From assembly GCA_964654995.1 (NCBI GenBank), contig CAZZKF010000002.1, forward strand, positions 3,113 to 67,112: a stretch of 64,000 nucleotides of DNA, read 5' to 3'. The DNA comes from an uncultured Alphaproteobacteria bacterium. Lineage in GTDB: Bacteria; Pseudomonadota; Alphaproteobacteria; CAZZKF01. Below the pieces are notes generated by a model that saw nothing but the letters and a program-made list of their open reading frames with translations, had not been told where the DNA came from and made no database searches. The translations under genes and the position numbers were made by a program. Shown one piece after another: positions 1 to 8,450 of this stretch; position 1 is the stretch's first letter; each line of letters begins with the position of its first letter.

Positions 1-373
1 CGGCAAGTCCGGCGCCCCAGTCGTCGGAAACCAGATTGCCGAGACGCGCCAGCAGCCACAGGGCAAACAGGGCGATCAGCGGCGCCCCGCGCACCGGCAG
101 TCGCCCGGTCCAGTTGGGCACCGCGGTGAGCAGAAAGCCGGCCATGGCAGCGCCGGCAAAGCCGAACACCATTTCGTGGCTGTGCCAGGTCGAAAACACC
201 AGCCGCGAGGGCAGATCGACCGCGCCCTCGAACATGGCGAGCCAGATCGGCACCGCCACCGCCGCCCAGACCGCGGCCCCGAGAAAGAATGGCCGAAAGC
301 CGTAACTGAAAAACACCGGTCCCGGAACCGGGCGCCGGGCGGCACCTCCCGGATGATTGTCGCTCTCGCTCAT
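1..373 (-). CDS. nnrS: NnrS family heme-copper membrane protein (partial; C-terminus lies beyond the window start)
   Basis: Own translation of minus strand from ATG ~373: MSESDNHPGGAARRPVPGPVFFSYGFRPFFLGAAVWAAVAVPIWLAMFEG...STWHSHEMVFGFAGAAMAGFLLTAVPNWTG; FRPFFL / HxHEM / NWTG motifs typical of NnrS. Not in ORF table because it runs off the edge. Confidence 0.7.
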   Translation of the reverse strand, partial: MSESDNHPGGAARRPVPGPVFFSYGFRPFFLGAAVWAAVAVPIWLAMFEGAVDLPSRLVFSTWHSHEMVFGFAGAAMAGFLLTAVPNWTGRLPVRGAPLIALFALWLLARLGNLVSDDWGAGLA

Positions 374-474
374 GTCGGATATTCCCTGCCTGTCGATACC
401 ATGAATCCAGGCCGCCACATTAGCGGGCGGCGCCTTTGCCCATCAATGCGGCAATATGCGCATCGGTACCACGA

Positions 475-2151
475 TCACATCGCGTGGGCGCTGACCTGCG
501 TGATCTTGCGGCCGATATCGAAGCGATAGAGCCGATCATGCGCATGATCGATGCGGAAATACCAGTTCTTGCCGCCGGCCAGATCGAGCCGCGAGACCAC
601 CTTGGCGTTGCGCCAGTTGACACCCAGGACGCTCAGCACCAGGCGTTTTCGCTTCTTCTTGCCGACCTGCAGATAGACCATGTAGTAGCTCCGGCTCTTG
701 GGCGAGATTGCCGGCATGGCGCCGGTCTCGATCACCGCCCGGTCGGCGATCTCGGGGTCGGAGAACAGCGTCGACCACTGAATGAGCCGCATGTCGGGGT
801 CGAAAATCATGATGTGGTGCCGGCCGCGGATGATGACATCGCGCCCCACAAGCTCGGCCGACAGTGGCAAATCCCCGTATTCGATGCCGCGCGAGCCCAT
901 GCCCAGCATGCCGCCGCCGCCCTTGGTGCCGCCCAGGCTGCTGGTCTTGGAAAAGCCGCCGCCAATGGAAAAGCCACCCGATTTTTCCTTGAAAATGCCG
1001 AACAGGCGATCCCAGCGCAGCGGCGATTCGATCCGCGCAATCCCACTGTTCAGGCTCAGGCCGACGACATGGGCGGCATCGGCAAAGATCACCAGCCCGC
1101 GTGTCCGGTCGATCACCAGATTGGTGATCCCGCCCTCGGCATCCATGTAGCGCCAGCGGACCTTGCCGCCCTCGCGGTTGATGGCGGCGACGCCAAAGGG
1201 TTTTCGCGCCTCCAGCCTGGCCCCCGTGGTAAACACGCCGCCGAGCCGGGCCAGCACCACGTCGCCCGCCACCCGCAGCTCCGAGACAAGGGGGGTGCCG
1301 CGCAGCTTGGCCTGCCACAGCGTCTTGCCGCTGACCCGGTCAAAGGCCATGACCAGGCCGGCGCCGGCGGCATAGACGGTATCGCCGTCAACCAAAGGTA
1401 CCGCCCGGGCGTGGCGCAAGGTTCCGTCGCCGGTCCTGAACGTCGTGCCCCACTTGAGGCGGCCGCTGCCAAGGTCATAGGCGTGCAGCCCGAGGTAGGG
1501 GATGTACAGGGTATCGCCATCGACGACCGCTTCGGGAAAGCGCGCCAGGCCAGGCCCCGTGCCCTTCCCGCCACGGCCGCGGGTTTTTCCGTTGCCCAGC
1601 AGCCGCGCCTTCGTACCCGTATATTTGACCTGCCACAAGGGCGCGCCGTCGGACAGGTCGTAGGCCTGCATGTAGATACCGCTGTCCTTGCGCTTTTTGG
1701 CTTTGACGTCGGCAAACAGGATCGCCATGTGATGGCTTGGCGCCGGCACGACGCCGCCGAGGCGGGCGGTGTAACCGTCGATCTGCCACGCCGTTTCACC
1801 ATTTTTCAGATCGACGGCATACAGGGTCGTCGTGCGCTTGCGGCGCTTGCCGGTGGTCACCGGGATCAGCACCAGATCTTCGCCGTCCAGGGCGTGGACC
1901 TGGGCGCGGGCGATTCCTTTCAGGTCATTCCGGGTCCAGAGAACGGCGCCGGTCTCGGCCTCATGGCGTGCCAGCCCGGCCTCGGCCATCAGCAACAGAT
2001 CGCCATTCGCCATGACCCGGTGCCAGGCCGGCGGTTTCTTGAACTCCAGCCGCCAGAGCTCGCCGGCGGTCGCCGCCTGCCCGGCCAGGACGATGCTGAC
2101 GGCGATGATGCCGAGCAGCCAGACCCCGCGCAATGCCTTGATTGCCTTCAT
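475..2151 (-). CDS. secreted PQQ-like beta-propeller repeat protein with a Gly-rich insert
   Basis: 558 aa ORF; N-terminal signal peptide MKAIKALRGVWLLGIIAVSIVLAGQA; repeated '...LYAxDxxxGxxLW' propeller blades (LYAVDLKNGETAWQ, LHAYDLGSGRLKW, VMAFDRVSGKTLWQ); Gly-rich loop GGFSIGGGFSKTSSLGGTKGGGGMLGMG. Confidence 0.65.
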   Translation of the reverse strand: MKAIKALRGVWLLGIIAVSIVLAGQAATAGELWRLEFKKPPAWHRVMANGDLLLMAEAGLARHEAETGAVLWTRNDLKGIARAQVHALDGEDLVLIPVTTGKRRKRTTTLYAVDLKNGETAWQIDGYTARLGGVVPAPSHHMAILFADVKAKKRKDSGIYMQAYDLSDGAPLWQVKYTGTKARLLGNGKTRGRGGKGTGPGLARFPEAVVDGDTLYIPYLGLHAYDLGSGRLKWGTTFRTGDGTLRHARAVPLVDGDTVYAAGAGLVMAFDRVSGKTLWQAKLRGTPLVSELRVAGDVVLARLGGVFTTGARLEARKPFGVAAINREGGKVRWRYMDAEGGITNLVIDRTRGLVIFADAAHVVGLSLNSGIARIESPLRWDRLFGIFKEKSGGFSIGGGFSKTSSLGGTKGGGGMLGMGSRGIEYGDLPLSAELVGRDVIIRGRHHIMIFDPDMRLIQWSTLFSDPEIADRAVIETGAMPAISPKSRSYYMVYLQVGKKKRKRLVLSVLGVNWRNAKVVSRLDLAGGKNWYFRIDHAHDRLYRFDIGRKITQVSAHAM

Positions 2152-2270
2152 GATTTCCCCCCCATTGAAGATCAGCCCGCGAGCCTAGCCTAGCACATTT
2201 GCGCTTGCGCCGCTGTGACCATGCGGATCCGCCCCTTCGCAAGGCCGGTCAGGGCCGCTAATCTTGCGCC

Positions 2271-2717
2271 ATGAAAGCGGTGTTGCAGCGGGTCAGCGAG
2301 GCGGCGGTGACGATCGACGGCGCCGAACACGCGAAGATCGGGCCGGGGCTGGTCATCCTGCTGTGTGTGGAACCGGATGATGATGCCGAGCGCGCCGCCT
2401 GGTTCGCCCGCAAGATCGCGCATATGCGCATCTTCGCCGATGCGGCCGGTAAATCGAACCTCTCGGTCCGCGATGTCGGCGGCGCCGCCCTGGTAATCAG
2501 CCAGTTCACCCTTGCGGCCGACTGGCGCAAGGGCAATCGCCCGGGCTATGCACGCGCCGCCGCGCCGGAGCTGGCCAAACGCCTTTATGACGACTTCTGC
2601 GCCCGGCTGTCCGGGCACGGCGTACCGGTGGTCACCGGCGTCTTTGGTGCCGACATGAAGGTTCGCCTCACCAACGACGGGCCGGTGACCATCTGGATGG
2701 ACTCACGGGATCGCTAG
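2271..2717 (+). CDS. dtd: D-aminoacyl-tRNA deacylase
   Basis: 148 aa, MKAVLQRVSEAAVTIDG...SQFTLAAD...TGVFGADMKVRLTNDGPVTIW, canonical Dtd length and motifs. Confidence 0.85.
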   Translation: MKAVLQRVSEAAVTIDGAEHAKIGPGLVILLCVEPDDDAERAAWFARKIAHMRIFADAAGKSNLSVRDVGGAALVISQFTLAADWRKGNRPGYARAAAPELAKRLYDDFCARLSGHGVPVVTGVFGADMKVRLTNDGPVTIWMDSRDR

Positions 2718-2721
2718 TCTG

Positions 2722-2744
2722 CGGCGATCAGCCGTCGCCGTTTT
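2722..2744. terminator. candidate intrinsic terminator after dtd (hairpin cggcga-N7-tcgccg followed by TTTT), overlapping the last codons of the convergent gene
   Basis: Seen in sequence: cggcgatcagccgtcgccgtttt immediately after dtd TAG. Confidence 0.3.
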
Positions 2745-3177
2745 CCTCGAACTCGTCATCGCCATTATCGTTGTCCGTCGGCTGGATGAGTTCGAACTTG
2801 CCCAGGCCGCAGGTGGTGCCGCGCCGGAGCACGGTGATGGTATCGACCGAGCACAGACGGTTGATCGAGGTCGCATAGGCGAAGCCGTCCTCGAACCGCA
2901 GCCCGTTGCATTCATAGGGCAGCTTGTTGCGATAGGTCTTGCCGGAGCGCATGTGAAACAGGATCGTCGAATCATCGACAATCTCGGTCTCGCGAATGCG
3001 GTCGACCTGCAGGCAGTAGGGTGGGCCGGCGGCCTCGATCCGGGCCTTGTCCTTCTTCGGGGCCTTGGCCGCATCGGCCTCGCCCGCCATGGCAGTCGCC
3101 GAGGCAAGAAGCGCAGCGCCAGCGATCAACGTGACCATACCGGTACATCTGTGTTTGATCATCGATCTTCTCCTCAT
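2728..3177 (-). CDS. small secreted hypothetical protein (4 Cys, acidic C-terminal tail)
   Basis: ORF with signal peptide MIKHRCTGMVTLIAGAALLASATAMA (likely true start at the internal Met ~3162); mature part has C-x33-C-x19-C-x12-C and tail DNDNGDDEFEENGDG; immediately downstream of and co-oriented with the SBP gene. Confidence 0.45.
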   Translation of the reverse strand: MRRRSMIKHRCTGMVTLIAGAALLASATAMAGEADAAKAPKKDKARIEAAGPPYCLQVDRIRETEIVDDSTILFHMRSGKTYRNKLPYECNGLRFEDGFAYATSINRLCSVDTITVLRRGTTCGLGKFELIQPTDNDNGDDEFEENGDG

Positions 3178-3201
3178 CTGTCCCGTGGCTGTCGGCCGCG
3201 T

Positions 3202-4833
3202 CTACTGGGCAATGTTCTGGCCGGGACCGGCCTTTTCGATCCACATCCAGCGGGTCGGATGCCAGTTCCCGGCATTGTCCGCATATCCCTTCACATAGGG
3301 TTTCACCAGGTGGGTGTTAACCCCGAAGTACAGCGGAATGACCGGCAAGTCCGATATCAGGACCTCCTCCGCGCGGCGCAGGATGCCGGCCCGCTTGTTC
3401 AGATCCAGTTCGCGGTTGGCGGCGTCCAGCAGGGCGTCGTACTCGGGATTGCGATAATCGGGCGTGTTCATCGGCCCGGCATCCGAGCGGAAGATTTCGA
3501 GAAAGGTGTAGGGATCGTTGTAATCACCGACCCAGGCATCGCGGGCGATCTCGTACTGTTTCAGATTGCGGCTGTTGATCAGCGCCTTCCATTCCTCGTT
3601 GCGCAAGGTAGTCTTCACGCCGAGGCGCTTCCACATGGCAGCGATTGCTACCGCCAGCTTCTTGATCGATTCACTGGTGTTGTAGAGGATTTCGACCTTG
3701 AGCGGATTATCCCGCGTATAACCCGCCTCTGCTATCAGCTTTTGCGCCAGCGCCAGGCGCTCAGCCTGGCTCATCCCTGCCCATTCCGGCTCCCACTGCT
3801 GATGGTTGGCGACGATGGGGGGCACCATGGTAAAGGCCGGGATCTGGCCCTGGCGCAAAATCTTGTCGACCAGAATACGGCGGTCGATGGCCAGCATCAG
3901 GGCCTTGCGCACCCGCGGGTCCTTGAACTTTTCGCGCCGCATGTTGATGTCGTAATACTGGATGACCAGCCCCGGCGCTGCATGCAGCTCGTCGGGAATG
4001 TTCTCCTTGATCCACTTGAGCGCGCTCAGCGCCACCGTCGAGGTATAGTCCAGCTCGCCGGCCCGGTAGCGCTTCACCTCGGTCGCCACATCCTCGGTAT
4101 TGACGAAATAGACGGTGTCGATCCGCACATTCGCGGCATCGTGGAAGTAGGGGTTTTTGACCAGCTTGATGTGCGACTGCGGCTCCCATTCGACCAGCTT
4201 GTAAGCGCCGTTGGAAACCAGATTGCCGGGCTTGATCCATTGGCTGCCCTTTTCCAGCAGCGTCCTGCGATGGACCGGAAAGGTCGTCGAATGGGTGAGC
4301 AGCCCGAGGAAATAGGGCGTCGGCTTCGACAATGTGATCTGCAACGTGCGGTCATCGAGCGCCTTGACGCCCAGGGCATCGACGTCCTTGAGGCGCCCCG
4401 ACGAGATCTCCGGGGCGTTCAGGATCGGATTGACGATGAAGGCATAGGGCGCGGCCGTGGCTGGATTGACCAGGCGTTTGAGCGCGAATTCAAAATCCTG
4501 CGCAGTCACCGGATCGCCGTTCGACCAGCGGCCGTCGGCGCGCAAGTGGAAGGTGTAGACGAGGCCGTCGTCGCTCACCTCCCAGCGCTCGGCGGCACCC
4601 GGGATCAATGTCCCGTCCGCCTTTTCGGTGATCAGCCCTTCGAACAGATCGCGCTGAATGTGCGACGACGGCGTGCCCTGGGCCAGATGCACGTCGAGCG
4701 TCTGGGGCTCGGTGCCGTTGCCGCGCCGCAGTACCATCTCCGCCATCGCCGGCCAGGAAGCGGCAAGCAAGACAAACAGGAAAACGAAGGCCATGGCCGC
4801 GGCTCCGCACCGGCGGCCCCTGAATGTGTTCAT
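3202..4833 (-). CDS. ABC transporter substrate-binding protein, family 5 (oligo/dipeptide OppA/DppA/MppA-like), paralog 1
   Basis: ORF 3202..4914; probable start at Met 4833 giving signal peptide MNTFRGRRCGAAAMAFVFLFVLLAASWPAMA; family-5 SBP hallmarks (RRGNGTEPQTLD..., WSNGDPVTAQDF, NPYFHDA, ILYNTSE). No permease/ATPase genes adjacent. Confidence 0.85.
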   Translation of the reverse strand: MNTFRGRRCGAAAMAFVFLFVLLAASWPAMAEMVLRRGNGTEPQTLDVHLAQGTPSSHIQRDLFEGLITEKADGTLIPGAAERWEVSDDGLVYTFHLRADGRWSNGDPVTAQDFEFALKRLVNPATAAPYAFIVNPILNAPEISSGRLKDVDALGVKALDDRTLQITLSKPTPYFLGLLTHSTTFPVHRRTLLEKGSQWIKPGNLVSNGAYKLVEWEPQSHIKLVKNPYFHDAANVRIDTVYFVNTEDVATEVKRYRAGELDYTSTVALSALKWIKENIPDELHAAPGLVIQYYDINMRREKFKDPRVRKALMLAIDRRILVDKILRQGQIPAFTMVPPIVANHQQWEPEWAGMSQAERLALAQKLIAEAGYTRDNPLKVEILYNTSESIKKLAVAIAAMWKRLGVKTTLRNEEWKALINSRNLKQYEIARDAWVGDYNDPYTFLEIFRSDAGPMNTPDYRNPEYDALLDAANRELDLNKRAGILRRAEEVLISDLPVIPLYFGVNTHLVKPYVKGYADNAGNWHPTRWMWIEKAGPGQNIAQ

Positions 4834-4968
4834 GATTGCAAACACCCATGTGTTGAAAGACGGTCGTTGAGGCTCAGGAAAGGCCACCGGGACGGGCTTG
4901 TCAACCGGTGGCATGCATGATCGGCCGGTCGGCGTCAGGTCGGGACGCCGGCGTCCGGGGCATTGTTT

Positions 4969-5988
4969 TCACGGGCGCTCCTGGTACGCGAACATCAGCA
5001 GCAGGGTACGTTGTGCCGGGTTGAAATTGTCGTCCGAGAGCAGATAGACAAGGATCTCGCCGTCTTCGCTCCGGCGGATATCGATCGCCTCCATGTTGTC
5101 GATGGAAAGCGGCGGCGCCAGGCGGGCGACCTCGAGCGGGTGCAGCTCGGCGCCGGCAACCACCGCCGCCGCCGGCAGCCGGACCAGGCGAAGCCCCAGG
5201 CCCTCCGACCAGGAAAAACGGCGTTCGAGGATCAGCAGATCGCCATCCGGCAGGCGCGCCGCCCCGGTCGGGCGGTAGCTGCCGAGGCGCCGGTAGCGCA
5301 GTTGCGCCCACGCTCCGTCGCGCCGGAGAAAGACCTGGCCCCGGGCTTCCCCCTTGCCTTCGGCGACTGCCAGGAGGCTGTTGTCGGTCAAGGTCACGAG
5401 CGCCTCGATACCGTTGTTTTTGGGCAGCTTGACGAAACCGGCCGGCGCCGGCACGGGTACCGCCGGGCCACGCAACGGCGCCTCGCCCGCGGCATACCGC
5501 CAGAGACGGTGTTGGCGCTCGAAAGCGACCAGAATCGATCCGTCCGCCATGCGGGCCATCGCCTCGGCGTCCTGTTCGCTCTTGCCTTTCAGTGGTCTGC
5601 CGGCGGTATCACGCAGGGGACCCGTCCAGCCATCGGAGAGGCCGGTCAGAAAACCATCGGCATCATAGGAGATGGCCGCCGCGAGCCAGGATCCTTCATC
5701 GGCCACCGCGATCAGCTCCCGCCCGTCGGCAGAGACCAGCAGGCCGGACAGCCCACCCATGCGGGTGTTCGGGAAGGTGATCTCGATGCCGCCGCGCCAG
5801 GCCAGGCGCCGGCCAACGCGCATCTGCTCCGGCGCCGCCCGGTTCAATGGTACCGGGCGCGTCATGATCTCGATTTTCCTGGCGCCGGCATCCGGCGCGG
5901 CCGCCGCCCAGGCTATGGCCGAGGCTACCAGAACCACGCCGATGACGGTCGCCGCGACGCCATGGCTGCCGGTGTTCGGCGGTCTCAT
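4969..5988 (-). CDS. secreted esterase-like-activity-of-phytase family protein
   Basis: C-terminal 340 codons of minus ORF 4969..6774; start at Met ~5988 gives signal peptide MRPPNTGSHGVAATVIGVVLVASAIAWAAAAP; body GGLSGLLVSADG...NNGIEALVTL...NMEAIDI resembles the phytase-like esterase family. The upstream 260 codons of the table ORF are antisense to the PP-loop gene and are not called. Confidence 0.5.
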   Translation of the reverse strand: MRPPNTGSHGVAATVIGVVLVASAIAWAAAAPDAGARKIEIMTRPVPLNRAAPEQMRVGRRLAWRGGIEITFPNTRMGGLSGLLVSADGRELIAVADEGSWLAAAISYDADGFLTGLSDGWTGPLRDTAGRPLKGKSEQDAEAMARMADGSILVAFERQHRLWRYAAGEAPLRGPAVPVPAPAGFVKLPKNNGIEALVTLTDNSLLAVAEGKGEARGQVFLRRDGAWAQLRYRRLGSYRPTGAARLPDGDLLILERRFSWSEGLGLRLVRLPAAAVVAGAELHPLEVARLAPPLSIDNMEAIDIRRSEDGEILVYLLSDDNFNPAQRTLLLMFAYQERP

Positions 5989-6132
5989 GATATCCTTGTC
6001 CCGCCTGTCGAAAGCCAGACCTCGCGGTTCAGAAAAGGCCACCGCACAGAGCTTGTCAACCGGCGCCGCTTGACCGCCGGGCCCGCCGCATGGAACTCTT
6101 CCGCCCCAGCCGAAGCCGGAACAAGGATTGCG

Positions 6133-6849
6133 ATGTCCGTGACGACACCCGAATCCAAGCCTGAAGATGCGCCCTGTCCGGTTGCCGTCTCGTGGAGCGG
6201 CGGCAAGGACAGCGCGCTGATGCTGCAGGCGCTGAGGCGCGATCCCCGGTATCGTCCGGCCGCCCTGCTGACCACCGTGACCGGGCCGGATGCGCGAATC
6301 AGCTATCACCGGGTGCGCGTCGACCTGCTCGATCGCCAGGCGGCGGCGCTCGATCTGCCGCTTTACAAGATGGTGCTGACGGCCGAGCACGCCCCCAACA
6401 CAGAATACATCCGCGCCTTCGGTGAAAGCGCCGCACGCCTGCGCGAGGCCGGGATCGACACCATCGCCTTCGGCGACATCTTTCTCGAAGACCTGCGCCG
6501 CTGGCGCGAGGAGCGGATGGCCGAGATCGATATGCACCCGATCTTTCCGATCTGGGGGCGCGACAGTGTCGAACTGATGGATGAATTCCTCACCACCGGC
6601 TTTCGCGCCCGCCTGGTCTGCGTGGATGCGAAAAAACTGGGCCGCGATTTCGCCGGCCGGCTGCTGGACCGCGCCCTGCTTGACGATCTGCCCGACGGCG
6701 TCGATCCGTGCGGCGAGAACGGCGAATACCATTCTTTCGTCTTCAACGGCCCCGGCTTTACCGCTCCCGTGCATCTGCGTGTTGGCCAGATCGAGGCCCG
6801 GGACGGGCGGTTTTACGCCGACCTGATGGTGGAGGATGCAGCGCCGTGA
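6133..6849 (+). CDS. PP-loop ATP pyrophosphatase, Dph6/MJ0570-related (diphthine-ammonia-ligase-like) family
   Basis: Real start is the internal ATG at 6133 of ORF 4963..6849 (upstream part is antisense noise); MSVTTPESKPEDAPCPVAVSWSGGKDSALMLQAL..., PP-loop SGGKDS, 238 aa typical for bacterial COG2102 proteins. Confidence 0.75.
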   Translation: MSVTTPESKPEDAPCPVAVSWSGGKDSALMLQALRRDPRYRPAALLTTVTGPDARISYHRVRVDLLDRQAAALDLPLYKMVLTAEHAPNTEYIRAFGESAARLREAGIDTIAFGDIFLEDLRRWREERMAEIDMHPIFPIWGRDSVELMDEFLTTGFRARLVCVDAKKLGRDFAGRLLDRALLDDLPDGVDPCGENGEYHSFVFNGPGFTAPVHLRVGQIEARDGRFYADLMVEDAAP

Positions 6850-7652
6850 CCGGCGTGCCCGAACGCATCGTCTGTTTGAGCGCCGAGACGGTGGATCTGC
6901 TCTACCGGCTGGGCGTCGGCGATCAGGTGGTCGGAGTGTCCGGCTATACAGTGTTTCCGCCGCAAGCCCGCAAAAAGCCGTTCGTGTCCGCCTTCACTTC
7001 GATCCGTTACGAGGTGATCGACGAGCTCAACCCCGACCTCATTCTGGCCTATTCCGACCTTCAGGCCGAGGCGGCCGCCGAGCTCGGCAAGAAGGGCTAT
7101 CCGGTGGTGCTCACCAACCAGCGCAATCTCGACGAATGTTTCGAGACCTTCGCGCTCATCGGCCGCATCGTCGGGTGCGCCTGCGAGGCGGACGCCCTGA
7201 TCGCCGATCTGACACAGCGTCTGGAGTCCGCACGGGCCGGCGCCGCCGAGGCCGGCGGTCGACGCCCGCGGGTGTTTTTCGAGGAGTGGGACGAGCCGCT
7301 GATTTCCGGCATCGGCTGGATCGACGACCTGATCCGGGCGGCCGGTGGCGAGCCGGTCTTTCCCGAACTCGCCAGTGCCCGTGCCGCCGGTGATCGCATC
7401 GTCTCACCCGATGCCGTGGTGACGGCCGCGCCCGATATCGTCATCGCCTCATGGTGCGGGCGCAAGGCGAACCTGGCGCGCATCCGGGCACGCCCGGGCT
7501 GGGAAACAATCCCGGCGGTGCAAACGGGCGCGATCCACGAGATCAAATCGGCTTATTGCCTGCAGCCCGGCCCGGCGCTTATCACCGAAGGCCTGCCGCG
7601 TTTCATCGATATCATCGACGACTGGCGGACCCGGGTGCAACAAAGCGCCTGA
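6846..7652 (+). CDS. BtuF/FecB-like (cobalamin/siderophore type) periplasmic-binding-protein fold protein without signal peptide
   Basis: GTG at 6846 overlaps the upstream TGA (GTGA coupling); VTGVPERIVCLSAETVDLLYRLGVGDQVVGVSG... aligns with the mature N-terminus of BtuF-type binding proteins; conserved W/PDIVIASWCG/PGPALI features; no hydrophobic leader. The 6708..6845 extension in the ORF table overlaps the upstream gene and is rejected. Confidence 0.65.
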   Translation: MTGVPERIVCLSAETVDLLYRLGVGDQVVGVSGYTVFPPQARKKPFVSAFTSIRYEVIDELNPDLILAYSDLQAEAAAELGKKGYPVVLTNQRNLDECFETFALIGRIVGCACEADALIADLTQRLESARAGAAEAGGRRPRVFFEEWDEPLISGIGWIDDLIRAAGGEPVFPELASARAAGDRIVSPDAVVTAAPDIVIASWCGRKANLARIRARPGWETIPAVQTGAIHEIKSAYCLQPGPALITEGLPRFIDIIDDWRTRVQQSA

Positions 7653-7688
7653 GCCCGGCGGCAAACCGCCGGGACTTGGCCACCGACG

Positions 7689-8168
7689 CTACTTGCTGTC
7701 TTTCGCCTCGATATGGCGATGCGCCAATTCGGTCTTGGTGCGGGCCAGGGTCGCTGTATAGCGTGCGAACAGGGCCTGGGCTTTCTCCGCCCCGCCTTCC
7801 TGTTCGGCCAAAGCGGCCCAGAAAGCCTCGGTGCGCGGGCTGGTGATCCAGTTGAATGCCGCCGGCCCTTCCGTCAGACGAAAGTAGGCGGCACTGTCCC
7901 AGGGACCGGTCTGAAAATCGATGATCGTCGCCGGATTGCCGGCCTTTTTGCCGGCCGGCACAAGATGGTCGTAAATGAGCTTGTAGCCCTCGTCGCTCTT
8001 GCCCGGTTTGAAGGCGATATAGAGCACGCTGTAATAGATGACATTTTCGCGCTTTTCCGCCTTCGGCAGATCGGCGGCCGAGGCCGGCAGGGCAGCCAGC
8101 ACAATGCCGACGGCGATGACGGTTGCGCACAGCGCACGCATGGGTGTTGCGATCGTGGATGCGATCAT
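7689..8168 (-). CDS. secreted hypothetical protein
   Basis: ORF 7689..8231; likely start MIASTIATPMRALCATVIAVGIVLAALPASAADL (signal peptide); no recognisable family. Confidence 0.4.
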   Translation of the reverse strand: MIASTIATPMRALCATVIAVGIVLAALPASAADLPKAEKRENVIYYSVLYIAFKPGKSDEGYKLIYDHLVPAGKKAGNPATIIDFQTGPWDSAAYFRLTEGPAAFNWITSPRTEAFWAALAEQEGGAEKAQALFARYTATLARTKTELAHRHIEAKDSK

Positions 8169-8300
8169 TGGTTGCTCCCCCCGTTTTTCGGATAGCGTAT
8201 CCCTCATCCGCACCGGAATGATGCAGACCAACCGAGAGTAGTCTATCCGCGCTAGTCTGTCGCGAATAATCGGTACAAGGAGAACGGCGGCAAACGGCCC

Positions 8301-8408
8301 TCAGATTCGCTCCGGCACCAGATCGTTCGTCCGGGCAATGATTTTGCGCATCATCTCGGAAGTGCCGGCGCCGACCGTGAATCCCAGCGAATCGCGGGCC
8401 AGAATCAT
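8301..8408 (-). pseudogene. 35-codon remnant resembling the C-terminal helices of an acyl-CoA dehydrogenase
   Basis: Own translation: MILARDSLGFTVGAGTSEMMRKIIARTNDLVPERI*, compare the ACAD C-terminal consensus ...ARDxRIxQIYEGTSEIQRLIIAR...; AAGGAGG 6 nt upstream of the ATG; lies between the SBP-2 stop (8451) and the hypothetical secreted gene. Confidence 0.35.
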
Positions 8409-8450
8409 CGCGGCCCTCCTTGGTGTTCAGGCCCGGGCCGGAGGCGCCGG

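Noticed and set aside
436-2193. 585-aa plus-strand ORF (and many similar long ORFs: 2953..4920 +, 8559..9425 +, 10138..11091 +, 21311..21865 +, 28651..29457 -, 34328..35644 +, 54631..55980 -, 56138..57070 +, 57532..58437 +, 58884..59513 +, 60155..61102 -)
   Set aside because: Each is entirely antisense to a gene with clear family-level identity and consists of Arg/Ala/Gly/Pro-rich low-complexity sequence typical of spurious ORFs in 65% GC DNA; no SD or family resemblance.
4963-6132. N-terminal 390 codons of table ORF 4963..6849
   Set aside because: Antisense to the phytase-like gene and junk-like; the recognisable PP-loop protein starts at the internal ATG 6133.
6708-6845. N-terminal extension of the BtuF-like ORF
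   Set aside because: It would overlap the PP-loop gene by 140 nt; GTG 6846 overlapping the upstream TGA gives a product starting exactly at the BtuF mature N-terminus.
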